From assembly GCA_037143175.1 (NCBI GenBank), contig JBAWZF010000011.1, positions 3,747-67,746 on the forward strand: a stretch of DNA of 64,000 nucleotides, written 5' to 3'. How positions within the stretch are numbered: the first letter of the stretch is position 1; each line of letters opens with the position of its first letter. The position numbers and the translations under genes are program-made. This stretch comes from a bacterium. Its GTDB lineage: Bacteria; Verrucomicrobiota; Kiritimatiellia; CAIKKV01; CAITUY01. Under the pieces are notes generated by a model. It ran no database searches, had not been told where the DNA came from, and saw only the letters and a program-made list of their open reading frames with translations. This document shows positions 19,715-29,981 of this stretch, in pieces.

Positions 19715-20590
19715 TTGCTTATGAGCAATAGACGGCTGTTGTTGATTGATGGGACGCAGCTGTTCTATCGTTCTTTTTTTGGTATCAAGGAACTAACGAC
19801 CCGAGACGGGACCCCTTCCAATGCCGTTTATGGTTTTGTAAGGGGGATTCATCAGTTGATCGAGGTTCGCTCACCCTCCCATTTGGTAGTCGCCTGGGAT
19901 GGGGGGATTCCCGCTGCCCGGCGTAATCTTCTGCCTGAGTATAAAGCGCAGCGTCCGCCTATGCCTGATGCTTTGCGTGTGCAGTATCCTGCCATTGTAG
20001 AGTTTCTTGAATGTGCGGGCATTCCGTTCATTCGCAGGGATCAGGAGGAGGCAGATGACATTCTGGCATCTCTGGCGCGATGGGCTGAACCAGAGGCCGA
20101 TGAAGTTATTGTGGCAACCTGTGATAAAGATCTTTATCAGATGGTGTCTGGAAAAACGGTAATGGTCGGGTGGGGTAAAGAGGATAAGCCCGCAGGTCGG
20201 GCTGAGGTATTTGAAAAGACAGGGGTATATCCGGAGCAGATCGTGGACTGGCTCGCATTAACCGGAGACACCGTGGATAATATTTCCGGGGTGGATAGTG
20301 TAGGCCCCAAGACCGCCGCCAAGCTGTTGGCCAGCTTTGGAACGGTAGCGAGCATTTTTCAGAACATCGATGCGGTAAAGCCCGATCGTATTCGTGAACG
20401 CTTGCTTGCTGGTCGGGCGACGGTTGAGCGGAATCTGGCACTCGTCAGGTTGAATGCGGTCATGGATTGCTCTCCGGGTTGGGCTGGCCTGATGGTGCGT
20501 TCAGAGAATCCTAATAAAATGCGGCCTTTTTATGCCCGTATGGAATTCCACTCTTTGATCAAGGGTTGTGATCAAGGTGAATTGTTTTAA
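19715..20590 (+). CDS. stand-alone 5'-3' exonuclease (FEN/Pol I N-terminal-domain family)
   Basis: LLLIDGTQLFYRSFFG, PSNAVYGFVRG, and a helix-hairpin-helix region GVDSVGPKTAAKLL. Starts 2 bp after the secretin stop. Confidence 0.8.
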   Translation: MLMSNRRLLLIDGTQLFYRSFFGIKELTTRDGTPSNAVYGFVRGIHQLIEVRSPSHLVVAWDGGIPAARRNLLPEYKAQRPPMPDALRVQYPAIVEFLECAGIPFIRRDQEEADDILASLARWAEPEADEVIVATCDKDLYQMVSGKTVMVGWGKEDKPAGRAEVFEKTGVYPEQIVDWLALTGDTVDNISGVDSVGPKTAAKLLASFGTVASIFQNIDAVKPDRIRERLLAGRATVERNLALVRLNAVMDCSPGWAGLMVRSENPNKMRPFYARMEFHSLIKGCDQGELF

Positions 20591-20664
20591 ATTAGTGCTC
20601 AGCCGTTTCATTTTTCCTCTCGAAAACGTTGACTCTAACTCTGCATCCGATATCCTTTCTCTCC

Positions 20665-21939
20665 ATGAAAGTTCTAGTTATAGGCGGTGGTGGGCGTGAA
20701 CACGCATTGATTTGGAAGCTCGCGCGCGATAGTTGTCGTCCGGTGCTTTTTTGTGCTCCGGGGAACGCAGGTACTGCGGAATTGGCAACGAACGTTGCCA
20801 TCGAGGCGGATAATATTCCTGCGTTGGTGGAATGGGCCATGGAGCACCATCCCGATCTTGTGGTGGTGGGGCCAGAAGCACCTCTGTGTGCAGGGCTGAC
20901 CGATGCGCTTGAGGCGGGTGGAATAAGGGTCTTTGGTCCTTCCATGGCGGCGGCTAAGCTGGAGGGCAGTAAGGTGTTCGCCAAGGACGTGATGGTCGCC
21001 GCCGGAGTGCCGGCGGCACAGTCCAGCACCTTTACGGACGCCCAAAAGGCCATTGATTTTATCAACGATATCGGCATTCCTATTGTAATCAAGGCGGAAG
21101 GTCTGGCGGCCGGGAAAGGCGTTACTGTCTGTGCCACTCGCGAAGAGGCCGAGCGGGCGATCAAAGAGGCATTGGTGGAAGGGGCCTTTGGGGAGGCGGG
21201 ACGCCGTATTCTTGTGGAAGAATTTCTCGAGGGGGAAGAGGTCTCCGTCTTGGCGTTAACAGATGGTGAGCATATAGTATTGCTGGCCTCTGCGCAGGAT
21301 CATAAACGCGTGTTCGACGGGGATCGTGGCCCTAATACCGGAGGGATGGGCGCCTATTCACCCGCGCCCGTCCTCACGGCTGAACAGATGCCCGCGATTG
21401 AGCGAGAGGTGTTCGGGCGTACTTTGGCCGAGTTGAAAAGTCGTGGCATAACTTATAAAGGGGTTTTATTTGCCGGTCTGATGATGACGAAAAACGGGCC
21501 TATGGTGCTCGAATTTAATTGCCGATTCGGGGATCCCGAAACCCAGGTAATTTTGCCTCGAATCGAAGGCGATTTAATTCCAGCCCTTGAAGCCTGTATT
21601 AATGGGACGCTGTCGGCAGACATGATCCGGTACAAATCGGAATCCTGTGTCTGTGTAGTGATGGCGGCAGGCGGATATCCCGGCCCCTATCAGAAGGGCA
21701 AAAAGATTGGTGGTCTGAAGGCTGCGGCCCGTTTGGCTGAGACAGTCGTTTTTCATGCGGGGACACGATGCCAAAATGGGGATGTGTTGACTGCTGGTGG
21801 CCGTGTATTGGGCGTGACGGCGTTGGGTGATACCTTGAAGAATGCGGTTGATCGAGCTTATGTGGCGGTGAAAAAAATCAGCTTTGATGGCGCCCTGTTC
21901 AGGCGTGATATTGCGGCCAAGGCTTTTAATAAGGGATAA
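20665..21939 (+). CDS. purD: phosphoribosylamine--glycine ligase
   Basis: MKVLVIGGGGREHALIWKLA N-terminus and an ATP-grasp domain. Confidence 0.9.
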   Translation: MKVLVIGGGGREHALIWKLARDSCRPVLFCAPGNAGTAELATNVAIEADNIPALVEWAMEHHPDLVVVGPEAPLCAGLTDALEAGGIRVFGPSMAAAKLEGSKVFAKDVMVAAGVPAAQSSTFTDAQKAIDFINDIGIPIVIKAEGLAAGKGVTVCATREEAERAIKEALVEGAFGEAGRRILVEEFLEGEEVSVLALTDGEHIVLLASAQDHKRVFDGDRGPNTGGMGAYSPAPVLTAEQMPAIEREVFGRTLAELKSRGITYKGVLFAGLMMTKNGPMVLEFNCRFGDPETQVILPRIEGDLIPALEACINGTLSADMIRYKSESCVCVVMAAGGYPGPYQKGKKIGGLKAAARLAETVVFHAGTRCQNGDVLTAGGRVLGVTALGDTLKNAVDRAYVAVKKISFDGALFRRDIAAKAFNKG

Positions 21940-21948
21940 GGAGTATCA

Positions 21949-22488
21949 TTGAAAAAGAAACAAGCAAAAATCAGTAAGCCCGAAGTGGCGATTGTCATGG
22001 GAAGTGATTCGGACTGGCCTCTATTGCAGGAGACTGTCAATACTCTGACGGGTTTCGGGGTTGGTTGTGAGGTTCGCGTGATGTCGGCACATCGGACGCC
22101 GGATCTTGCGGCCACCTATGCACGCAAGGCATCAGGTTGTGGTCTGAAGGTGATTATTGCTGCTGCAGGAGGGGCTGCTCATTTGGCGGGAGTGATCTGT
22201 GCTCATACCACATTGCCGGTGATAGGTGTGCCCGTTACCAGTGGTTTCTTGAATGGCTTGGATTCGTTGCTTTCAACCGTCCAGATGCCGGCGGGAGTAC
22301 CTGTGGCCACTGTGGCGACGGGGAAGGCTGGTGCTGTGAATGCGGCCATTTTGGCGGTGCAAATTCTAGCCTTGAATCGTCCTGATCTCGCGCAGAAACT
22401 GGTGGTCCATAAAAATACGCTTATTGAGAAGGTGAACGCGGGGAATGACCGTATTCAGAATGAGTTGAAAAATCTCAGAATAAGTTGA
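21949..22488 (+). CDS. purE: N5-carboxyaminoimidazole ribonucleotide mutase
   Basis: VAIVMGSDSDWP...MSAHRTPD and IAAAGGAAHLAGV. TTG start. Confidence 0.9.
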   Translation: MKKKQAKISKPEVAIVMGSDSDWPLLQETVNTLTGFGVGCEVRVMSAHRTPDLAATYARKASGCGLKVIIAAAGGAAHLAGVICAHTTLPVIGVPVTSGFLNGLDSLLSTVQMPAGVPVATVATGKAGAVNAAILAVQILALNRPDLAQKLVVHKNTLIEKVNAGNDRIQNELKNLRIS

Positions 22489-23474
22489 GTGGATATCGAT
22501 CACGGGGGGATTTATTGATGTCTGGCTGGCAGATGTATCGTCGCTTTTTACCTCGTGGATGGGGGCTCTGTCTTTTTGTTTGGTGGCACGCCTTGCCGGT
22601 GGTTGGGGGCGAGAGTCTGGATGAAATTCTGTACGGTTTGGAGACGAATGGAATTTTAGGAGACCGATCGGCCGCTGTTCTGGGTGGGCTTAAAGGCATT
22701 CTTCAGTCAATTGATTCCGAGGTGACCCTTTGCGCTACTAATCCTTCTGTAGCAGAAGCTGGCTTATCCTCATCTGTTGTGCAGGCGGTTGAATTGTGGC
22801 CAGAGAATCTAGCCTATCTCAAGGTATCCGGTTTGGAGACTGGCAGTGGTGATGAGATTTTAGCACATCTGAAATCATTGAGTGACCGAGGGGGTGTGCT
22901 GTTTGATTTGAGAGGAGGAGGAGGCCAGGATCTCAATTCGGTCTGTGTATTGGCTGGCTTGACGCGTAGTCAAAACGAGCCCCTGTTTGTCATCACCGAT
23001 AATCGCGGGGTTGCGCTGTCGACAAATTCAGTTGGCGGGGAATATTTCAAATTGCCGCTGCTGCTGGTTTTGATCGATGCCGCAACTTGCGGGGCCTCAG
23101 AGGCGCTGGTCTCAGTTTTAAAAGGAAGTCCCGGAGTGATGTTGGTGGGTTCTCCAACAAAAGGTGATCCTTATCTCAGGAATTGGTTTCCCTTGCCAGG
23201 GGGGAAGATCGTGAGGATTGCGACGCAGAAATGGCTTCCCGTCTCAGGTGGAATGTATCAGAAAATCGGGATCAGGCCGGATATTATGGTGGAGGCCGCT
23301 GCTGGGATTGGAGGCGCAGGCCTGTCACGCACAAATAGGTTTGCCCGAGCCTTGAGTCCCAAATCAGACGCCGACCAGGAGCTCATGATGCGTGTTGCGG
23401 GAGATGCCGCTCTGCAGCGGGCAACCGATATTCTTCTTGGTCTGCAGGCGGTGGGGGGGTATGGACAAGATTAA
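22485..23474 (+). CDS. S41-family (C-terminal processing) peptidase-like protein, short form
   Basis: LLLVLIDAATCGASEALVSVLKGSPGVMLVGSPTKGD resembles the S41 Ser/Lys catalytic region. N-terminal hydrophobic segment. No clear PDZ domain. Confidence 0.5.
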   Translation: MSGYRSRGDLLMSGWQMYRRFLPRGWGLCLFVWWHALPVVGGESLDEILYGLETNGILGDRSAAVLGGLKGILQSIDSEVTLCATNPSVAEAGLSSSVVQAVELWPENLAYLKVSGLETGSGDEILAHLKSLSDRGGVLFDLRGGGGQDLNSVCVLAGLTRSQNEPLFVITDNRGVALSTNSVGGEYFKLPLLLVLIDAATCGASEALVSVLKGSPGVMLVGSPTKGDPYLRNWFPLPGGKIVRIATQKWLPVSGGMYQKIGIRPDIMVEAAAGIGGAGLSRTNRFARALSPKSDADQELMMRVAGDAALQRATDILLGLQAVGGYGQD

Positions 23475-24525
23475 CCCTCCGATCATTACGATCAGATCCG
23501 GTCAGATCGATCATAAGGCCGTTCGCGCGGCCGTAGAAGCCCTACATACCGGGGCCTTGATCATTTTGCCGACCGAGACTGTTTACGGAGTTGCGGCTGA
23601 TCCTAGGGTGCCTGGGGCTGAGGACCGGATCTATGAGGCCAAAGGGCGCGAGCGTAGCAAGCCGCTGCCCATGATGGCAGCCTCGCTAAAAGCTGTTGAG
23701 GCTACGGGCGCTGAGTTATGTCCCGCGGCGAGGCGGCTAGCCTGCCGTTATTGGCCTGGCCCACTGACGCTGGTGGTGAACTGTGGTTCTCGGGTAGAAG
23801 GCTTTCGAGTACCCAATCATCCAGTCGCGCTGGCCATTTTGCAGGCGGTAGGTGGTTTATTGCGTGTGACCAGCGCCAATCAAAGCGGTGAGCCTTCTGC
23901 GCTCACTGCGGCATCTGCCTTACAGGCGTTAGGTCAGCATGTGGCACTCGTTCTGGATGCTGGTTCCGCCAGATTGGGTATGGAAAGTACGGTGGTGGAT
24001 GCGACGGGGGACACCTTGAAGATTCTCAGGCAGGGGGCACTACCAGCCAAGGCCATTCTGTCGCGACCAAAAGTGTGGCTGGTTTGTACGGGGAATACGT
24101 GTCGCAGTCCTATGGCCGAGTATTTATTGCGTCACTGGCTGGGGCCTGCGCCCCAATGGGAAGTGGCGTCAGCTGGCGTATCGGCACTGGATGGGCAGCG
24201 GGCAAGTGAGTGTGCGATTCAGGTCATGCAGGAAAAAAAGCTGGATTTGGCTTCGCATAGGAGCCGGAAACTGACTGAGGCCCTCATTGACGATGCAGAC
24301 CTCATTGTGGTAATGACGGAGGCGCATAAGCGGGCAATTTTGCATCGTTTTCCATGGCTTGACGACCGCGTGGTGCTATTGAATACGTTCAGTTCTGCAC
24401 ACCCCGGGGAAGATGTTCCTGATCCATTTGGAATGTCGCTGGCCGTCTATCGTGCAATTCGGGATGAGATTGATGCGGCAATGCCTGATTTGCTGTTGCA
24501 TTTACATGGGTTGTATCACAAGTGA
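23461..24525 (+). CDS. L-threonylcarbamoyladenylate synthase (Sua5/YrdC/YwlC) fused to a low-molecular-weight protein-tyrosine phosphatase
   Basis: YrdC domain ([14 protein letters not shown]). C-terminal LMW-PTP P-loop [19 protein letters not shown] plus a DP motif. Starts at 23392 and 23404 are also possible. Confidence 0.75.
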   Translation: MDKINPPIITIRSGQIDHKAVRAAVEALHTGALIILPTETVYGVAADPRVPGAEDRIYEAKGRERSKPLPMMAASLKAVEATGAELCPAARRLACRYWPGPLTLVVNCGSRVEGFRVPNHPVALAILQAVGGLLRVTSANQSGEPSALTAASALQALGQHVALVLDAGSARLGMESTVVDATGDTLKILRQGALPAKAILSRPKVWLVCTGNTCRSPMAEYLLRHWLGPAPQWEVASAGVSALDGQRASECAIQVMQEKKLDLASHRSRKLTEALIDDADLIVVMTEAHKRAILHRFPWLDDRVVLLNTFSSAHPGEDVPDPFGMSLAVYRAIRDEIDAAMPDLLLHLHGLYHK

Positions 24526-24543
24526 TCTAGAGTGGAACGGACG

Positions 24544-26239
24544 GGAAAGGGTTATGATGAAAATAGCGATTGGTGCGGATCATGGCGGTTTTGAACTTAA
24601 AGAGACGCTTAAGGCGGAGTTGAAAAAACACAGGATCGCTGTTGAGGATGTGGGGTGTTACAGCGTGGAAGCCGTGGATTATCCTGACTATGCCCGGGCT
24701 GTCGCCGTTATGGTTTCTGAAGGGCTTGTGGATCAGGGAATCCTGATTTGTCGAACGGGTCTGGGGATGAGCATGGCGGCCAACAAGTTTCCCCGTGTCA
24801 GGGCAGCGTTGTGTCTGAATCCCGAGATGGCGATTGCCGCGCGCACTCATAATGATGCTAACGTTCTCGTCTTCGGCAGCGATATGGAGACGCCTGCAGC
24901 AGCCATGGCGACATTAGATGCCTGGCTCAAGGCTGTATTTGCAGGCGAAGATCGGCATCAGCGACGTGTGGATAAGATTGGTTCCGCAAAAGGGGCGGCT
25001 TTGGAGGCGGCTTCCATCGCGGAGACGGATAGTGAGATCTACCTCGCAATCAAAAATGAAGAAGAGCGTGAGCTGAAAACGCTGGACTTGATTGCCTCTG
25101 AAAACTATGCCAGTCGCGCGGTTCGTGAAGCCCAGGGTTCGGTTATGACCAATAAGTATGCCGAAGGGTACCCCGGGAAGCGTTACTATAACGGTTGTGA
25201 GTTTGTGGATGTGGCCGAGCGGCTGGCGATTGAGCGGGCTAAGGCCTTGTTTGGCGCGGAACATGTCAACGTGCAGCCGCACTGTGGAAGTTCGGCTAAC
25301 ATGGCGGTATATTTTTCTGTTCTCCAGCCGGGCGATACCATTCTGGCTATGAGTCTTGCTCATGGAGGCCATCTGACTCACGGACATAAAATCAATTTCT
25401 CGGGACGGTTCTTCAACTTCATTCCGTATGGGGTCAGCCAGAAGACAGAAATGATTGATTATGATGAAATCGCGGAACTGGCGCTCAAGCATAAGCCCAA
25501 AATGGTGGTTGCAGGCGCCAGTGCCTATGCCCGTGTGCTCGATTTCAAGCGGCTTCGTGAAATCGCGGATAGCGTGGGGGCTATGCTCATGGTCGATATG
25601 GCGCATATCGCAGGCTTGATCGCAGCCGGAGTGCATCCTAGTCCGGTTCCGTATGCTGACTTTGTCACGACCACCACGCATAAAACGCTCCGGGGGCCCC
25701 GCAGTGGAATGGTGCTATGTAGGGCAAGTTACGCCGCCGGGATTGATAAACAGGTTTTTCCCGGTCTGCAGGGCGGTCCCTTGATGCACACCATTGCGGC
25801 CAAGGCGGTTTGCTTTAAAGAGGCGATGTCGCCGGAATTCAAACAATATCAAAAACAGGTCGTTAAGAATGCCAAGGCGTTGGCTGCGTATCTTGCCAAG
25901 CATGAGTTACGAATTGTGTCGGGAGGAACCGATAATCACCTGATGCTGGTCGATCTGACCTCCAGTGGCATTACGGGAAAAGACGCTTCGATCGCCCTCG
26001 AGAAGGCGGGTATGATTGTAAATAAAAATGCCATTCCGTTTGACGTTCGGCCTCCGGCTGTCACTTCGGGAATTCGCATTGGGACGCCCGCCATCACCAC
26101 GCGGGGTATGAAGGAACCTGAGATGGAACGACTGGGCGGCTGGATTGTGGATGCGATTAAACATCAGGCTGATGAAAGTGCCCTGGCGCGAATCAAGGCG
26201 GAGGTGGTGTCCACTGCGGTGACGTTTCCCGTCCCGTAA
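24544..26239 (+). CDS. glyA: ribose-5-phosphate isomerase B fused to serine hydroxymethyltransferase
   Basis: About 150 aa of RpiB ([16 protein letters not shown]...) run without a stop into a full GlyA ([45 protein letters not shown]). Confidence 0.8.
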
Positions 26240-26262
26240 AACGATCTGATAGGGGGGCGGGT

Positions 26263-26799
26263 ATGATTCTTCGTGACCTGAATACGGGTGAAATGGCGGC
26301 CGTTGAGGCCATCGGCGTATCGCGGATGTTTACGACTGGCGACGCTATTATTCGTGAGGGGGAAGCAGGGTCGTCCTTTTTTTTTGTTCTCGATGGCAGG
26401 GTGGAAGTCCGTAAAAGTATCGGACTGGATAAGCATAAGAAATTGGTCGAACTGGGCTCCCTGGACATTTTCGGTGAGGTCTGCTTCCTCGGGGTTGAGT
26501 CGCGCTCGGCCAGTGTCGTGGCCTTGGAATTGACGCATGTGCTGGAGTTTTCGCGGGATGCGTTCGAGAAATTGATCGCGGTGAAGCCTGCGATTGGATT
26601 GAAATTGTATCGCGGGATTGCCTGTGAATTGGCGCGGCGACTAGCCTGTGTTGATGGCGAGCTTCGGGACGCGCTCATCTGGGCTTTAGGTGACATGAAG
26701 TTTCCTGTCGATCCTTCCCTCGTGGCGTCCCAACGGAAATTATCACTGACTCCTCTCAAAAACACGGCGGGACCCACCGCGAAAATTGTAGTCGTGTAG
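26263..26799 (+). CDS. cyclic nucleotide-binding domain protein
   Basis: cNMP-binding fold motifs (FFFVLDGRVEVRK, GEVCFLG, RSASVVAL). No obvious HTH. Confidence 0.6.
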   Translation: MILRDLNTGEMAAVEAIGVSRMFTTGDAIIREGEAGSSFFFVLDGRVEVRKSIGLDKHKKLVELGSLDIFGEVCFLGVESRSASVVALELTHVLEFSRDAFEKLIAVKPAIGLKLYRGIACELARRLACVDGELRDALIWALGDMKFPVDPSLVASQRKLSLTPLKNTAGPTAKIVVV

Positions 26800-26805
26800 C
26801 TGGCG

Positions 26806-27597
26806 TTATTTGATCATGCGGCGTCTCATGACGTGAAGGGCCACCGGGAACAACAGGGCTGTAGTGATGACCAGATAACCGCCGGAAATGATAATCTGAG
26901 TCCAGGTTATGGTGCCCAGGCACAAATTTCTAGACAATGTCACCAGATGCGACAGGGGAAGACCCCATGCAATGATCCGCGCCCAGTCGGGTAGATTTTC
27001 CAAGGGGAAAAAGGTGCCACTGAAAAGATACATGGGCGTAATAAACAGGAAAATCGGCAAGTTAAACATTTCGATGCTTTGGACGACACCGGTAAAAATC
27101 ATGCCGATACAGCCAAACAGCAGTCCACCAAAGAAGGCCAGCGGGATGATTCCGAATCCTGTCGGATAATGAACAAGGCCGAAGCCGCTCAGAACCGCGG
27201 TCATGATCGTTGCTGTCATTAGTGACTTGGTGGCGCCCCAAACGATTTCTCCGGCAATAATCTCGTCTACGGAGAGCGGGGTGGCCATGATGGCATCATA
27301 GGTTTTTTGGTAGTACATCCGGACAAAGGATGAAAAGGAATTTTCCATGAAGGCGGTATACATGATGTTGGTGGCGATAATAGCCGGTGCCATAAACGCC
27401 ACATAGGTCAGGGTTTGCCCAGCATATTGAATTTCGGGGATCAACAGGCGAAATCCAAAACCCAGGGAAGCAATATAGAGCACAGGCTCAAGAAGGGGTG
27501 TAAGAAAACCGATCAGCCAGGAGCGACGTGTGACCAGCCAGTCACGCCGCCAGACTCGCAGGAGTCGCCAGGAGAGGGTAGCGCCTGTTTTGCTCAT
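26806..27597 (-). CDS. ABC-2 type transporter permease
   Basis: Six TM helices and about 260 aa. 4-bp overlap with the upstream ATPase. Confidence 0.75.
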   Translation of the reverse strand: MSKTGATLSWRLLRVWRRDWLVTRRSWLIGFLTPLLEPVLYIASLGFGFRLLIPEIQYAGQTLTYVAFMAPAIIATNIMYTAFMENSFSSFVRMYYQKTYDAIMATPLSVDEIIAGEIVWGATKSLMTATIMTAVLSGFGLVHYPTGFGIIPLAFFGGLLFGCIGMIFTGVVQSIEMFNLPIFLFITPMYLFSGTFFPLENLPDWARIIAWGLPLSHLVTLSRNLCLGTITWTQIIISGGYLVITTALLFPVALHVMRRRMIK

Positions 27598-28508
27598 TCG
27601 CGCAGCTCCCGTCCGGTCAATTTAAGGAAGACATCTTCCAATGAGCCCACGCGCAGAATGCAGTTGTCATGGCAATAAAGCCGTGTGATTTCATCGTAGA
27701 TCGCCTCGTTATCTTTACAATAAATCAACATGCGATGTCCGAGATCTTCGTGATCCAGGGCGCTGGTGATCACGTAATCCCGTAATTCCGGGCATACAGG
27801 GCTATTCTCAATGACTTTATTGCCTACATATTTAGCAATCAGGTCCCGGGGGCGGCCTTCAACCAGAATTTTTCCATGGTCAACAATGATGAGTCGATCA
27901 CACAGAAGTGAGGCTTCCTCCATGTAATGAGTGGTGAGAAGGATGGTGACGCCTTGTTGTTTAAGCTGCGCCAAACGATCCCAGAGTTGGTGGCGCGTTT
28001 GGGGATCCAGCCCTGTGGTGGGTTCGTCCAGGATCAGAAGGTCAGGCTCGTTCATCAGGCCGCGGGCGAGGGCCAATCGGCGCATCATGCCGCCTGAAAG
28101 TGATTTGACATTTAGTTTTTCCCGGTTTTCAAGTCCGAAAAACTCCAATAGTTTTGTTGTTCGCGCCCGGGCGATGTTACGGGAAATGCCGAAAAATCCG
28201 GCAAAAATTTCCAGATTGTCCCGAACCGAAATTTCTTCGTCGAGACTGTTGTCCTGATGGCACACGCCAATACGAGTTCTGATGGATCTCCAGTGGGTGG
28301 TGATGTCTTCGCCGAAAACTTTCAGGGTGCCTCCGCTGCGAGGGGAAAAGCCATAAATCATGCGGATCGTGGAGGTTTTTCCGGCCCCGTTGGGCCCTAG
28401 CAGGCCGAAGAGCTCTCCTTGTTGAACGGTAAAGGAGATGCCGTCAACAGCGGTGAACGCGCCGTAACATTTGCGGAGATTTTCTGCTTCTATGACGGAG
28501 ATGGCCAT
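27594..28508 (-). CDS. ABC transporter ATP-binding protein (ABC-2/DrrA-like)
   Basis: Walker A GPNGAGKTST, LSGGMMRRLALARGL, LILDEPTTGLD. Confidence 0.9.
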   Translation of the reverse strand: MAISVIEAENLRKCYGAFTAVDGISFTVQQGELFGLLGPNGAGKTSTIRMIYGFSPRSGGTLKVFGEDITTHWRSIRTRIGVCHQDNSLDEEISVRDNLEIFAGFFGISRNIARARTTKLLEFFGLENREKLNVKSLSGGMMRRLALARGLMNEPDLLILDEPTTGLDPQTRHQLWDRLAQLKQQGVTILLTTHYMEEASLLCDRLIIVDHGKILVEGRPRDLIAKYVGNKVIENSPVCPELRDYVITSALDHEDLGHRMLIYCKDNEAIYDEITRLYCHDNCILRVGSLEDVFLKLTGRELRE

Positions 28509-28531
28509 TTCGGAAGGATGGTATCAATGTC

Positions 28532-29917
28532 TTGGAAGAGTACAAATCATCTTTTGCAGGGCGCGCAATAAACCTCTTTGCCATACCGAGTTATCAGGAT
28601 ATTCTTGCCGGCATGGAACGACGGAGTGGATTTTGGATTGCCTCGACACCTCTGAAATCTTGGGTTTTGCAGAGCCGGCCGATAACATCCAGGAAAAGTG
28701 ATGTTAATCTTCGCTTTGATGGCGGACAGTATCAGCTATGGGAGGGGTTCGGTGGCGGGGTATCGGAGAAGAGCTGGGATGCGTTGGCCTTGTTAAAGGC
28801 GGGGGATCGACTCCGGGCGCTGAATGCCCTGTTTAATCATGAGGAGGGCTGCCGGTTCCACTATGCGCGGCTTCCTGTTGGGGCTTCCAATACGGCCCGT
28901 GACGGGTACTCGTGCAATGCAACCCCCAATGACCTTGCCATGAAAAATTTTAGCATCGTACGGGACCATGAGTGTCTGATCCCGTTCCTGCGTATTCCTC
29001 TGGATCGGATCCGGAAGTTTAAAACGGTTGCCTGTCCGTGGAGCCCCCCTGACTGGATGAAGGAGGAGACGGCGGTCGGGTGTGGGCGGATAAAGTGGGA
29101 TCCTGTGATGCTGGAGGCGTATGCCCTCTATCTTGCGAGGTTTGTTCAGAATTATCGGCGAGAGGGGATCATGATTGATCATTTGCTGATTCAGAATGAT
29201 CCGGCCGATCAATCCGGTCAGCCTGGCTGTTATTGGACCGGCGCACAACTTCGCGACTTTATCCGGAACTATTGTGGGCCGGTGATGAGGAAACAAAAAG
29301 TTTCCGCGCGGTTGTGGTTGGGTGCGCTGGACTCGTTGGACTACACAGATTATGCCCTGACGACGTTGAGTGACCCGATGGCGATGCAGTTTATTGCAGG
29401 GGTGGCTTGTCAGCAAGGGGGGCGCGATACTTTGCAGCGGATCCGGCGCGCCTTTCCGGATATTCGCATGATGCAGTCTGATTGTGGGGCGGGGGATGGG
29501 CAGAATACCTGGGCTCAGGGCCATGCCACCTTTTCCGTGATCCAGCAGGCGATTACGGCTGGAGCGGATGTCTGCCTGTACGATAACATGGTTTTCCTCG
29601 AAAATGGTAAATCCCTGGATGGACGGGGGCTAAACTCGTTGATCAAGGTTAATGAGATGACCAGGACTTATGTTTTGACTCCGGACTATTTTGTTTTAAG
29701 GCATTTTTCGTATCTCGTAGACCGGTATGCGGTGCGGCTTGGATTGGATGGGGAATGGGCCGATCGTGCCGTTGTATTTTACAATGAGGATGACGAGAGC
29801 CGGGTTATGGTAATCCATAATCCGGAATTGGCGTTCAGGCGCGTGGTTTTGGAAGATGGTGATCGGCGCCTGGTGATGTCTCTTCAACCTCAATCCATCA
29901 ATACGATCGTGTTATAA
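28532..29917 (+). CDS. glycoside hydrolase family 30 (glucosylceramidase-like)
   Basis: EGFGGGVSEKSW, ARLPVGASNTARDGY, ACPWSPPDWMK typical of GH30. Confidence 0.75.
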   Translation: MEEYKSSFAGRAINLFAIPSYQDILAGMERRSGFWIASTPLKSWVLQSRPITSRKSDVNLRFDGGQYQLWEGFGGGVSEKSWDALALLKAGDRLRALNALFNHEEGCRFHYARLPVGASNTARDGYSCNATPNDLAMKNFSIVRDHECLIPFLRIPLDRIRKFKTVACPWSPPDWMKEETAVGCGRIKWDPVMLEAYALYLARFVQNYRREGIMIDHLLIQNDPADQSGQPGCYWTGAQLRDFIRNYCGPVMRKQKVSARLWLGALDSLDYTDYALTTLSDPMAMQFIAGVACQQGGRDTLQRIRRAFPDIRMMQSDCGAGDGQNTWAQGHATFSVIQQAITAGADVCLYDNMVFLENGKSLDGRGLNSLIKVNEMTRTYVLTPDYFVLRHFSYLVDRYAVRLGLDGEWADRAVVFYNEDDESRVMVIHNPELAFRRVVLEDGDRRLVMSLQPQSINTIVL

Positions 29918-29924
29918 AAAACAA

Positions 29925-29957
29925 AAACCCCGAACCTGTGAAGGTCGGGATTTTTGA
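29925..29957. terminator. bidirectional Rho-independent terminator between the GH30 gene (+) and rpsI (-)
   Basis: CCCGAACC-tgtgaa-GGTCGGG hairpin with A-tracts and T-tracts on both sides. Confidence 0.55.
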
Positions 29958-29981
29958 CAAAACGGGCTGGCCGTATTTGGT

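Noticed and set aside
20629-20664. N-terminal extension of purD (MTLTLHPISFLS)
   Set aside because: The conserved PurD N-terminus begins at MKVLVIGGGG (20665), and the extension would overlap a TTGACT, 16 nt, TATCCT promoter-like element.
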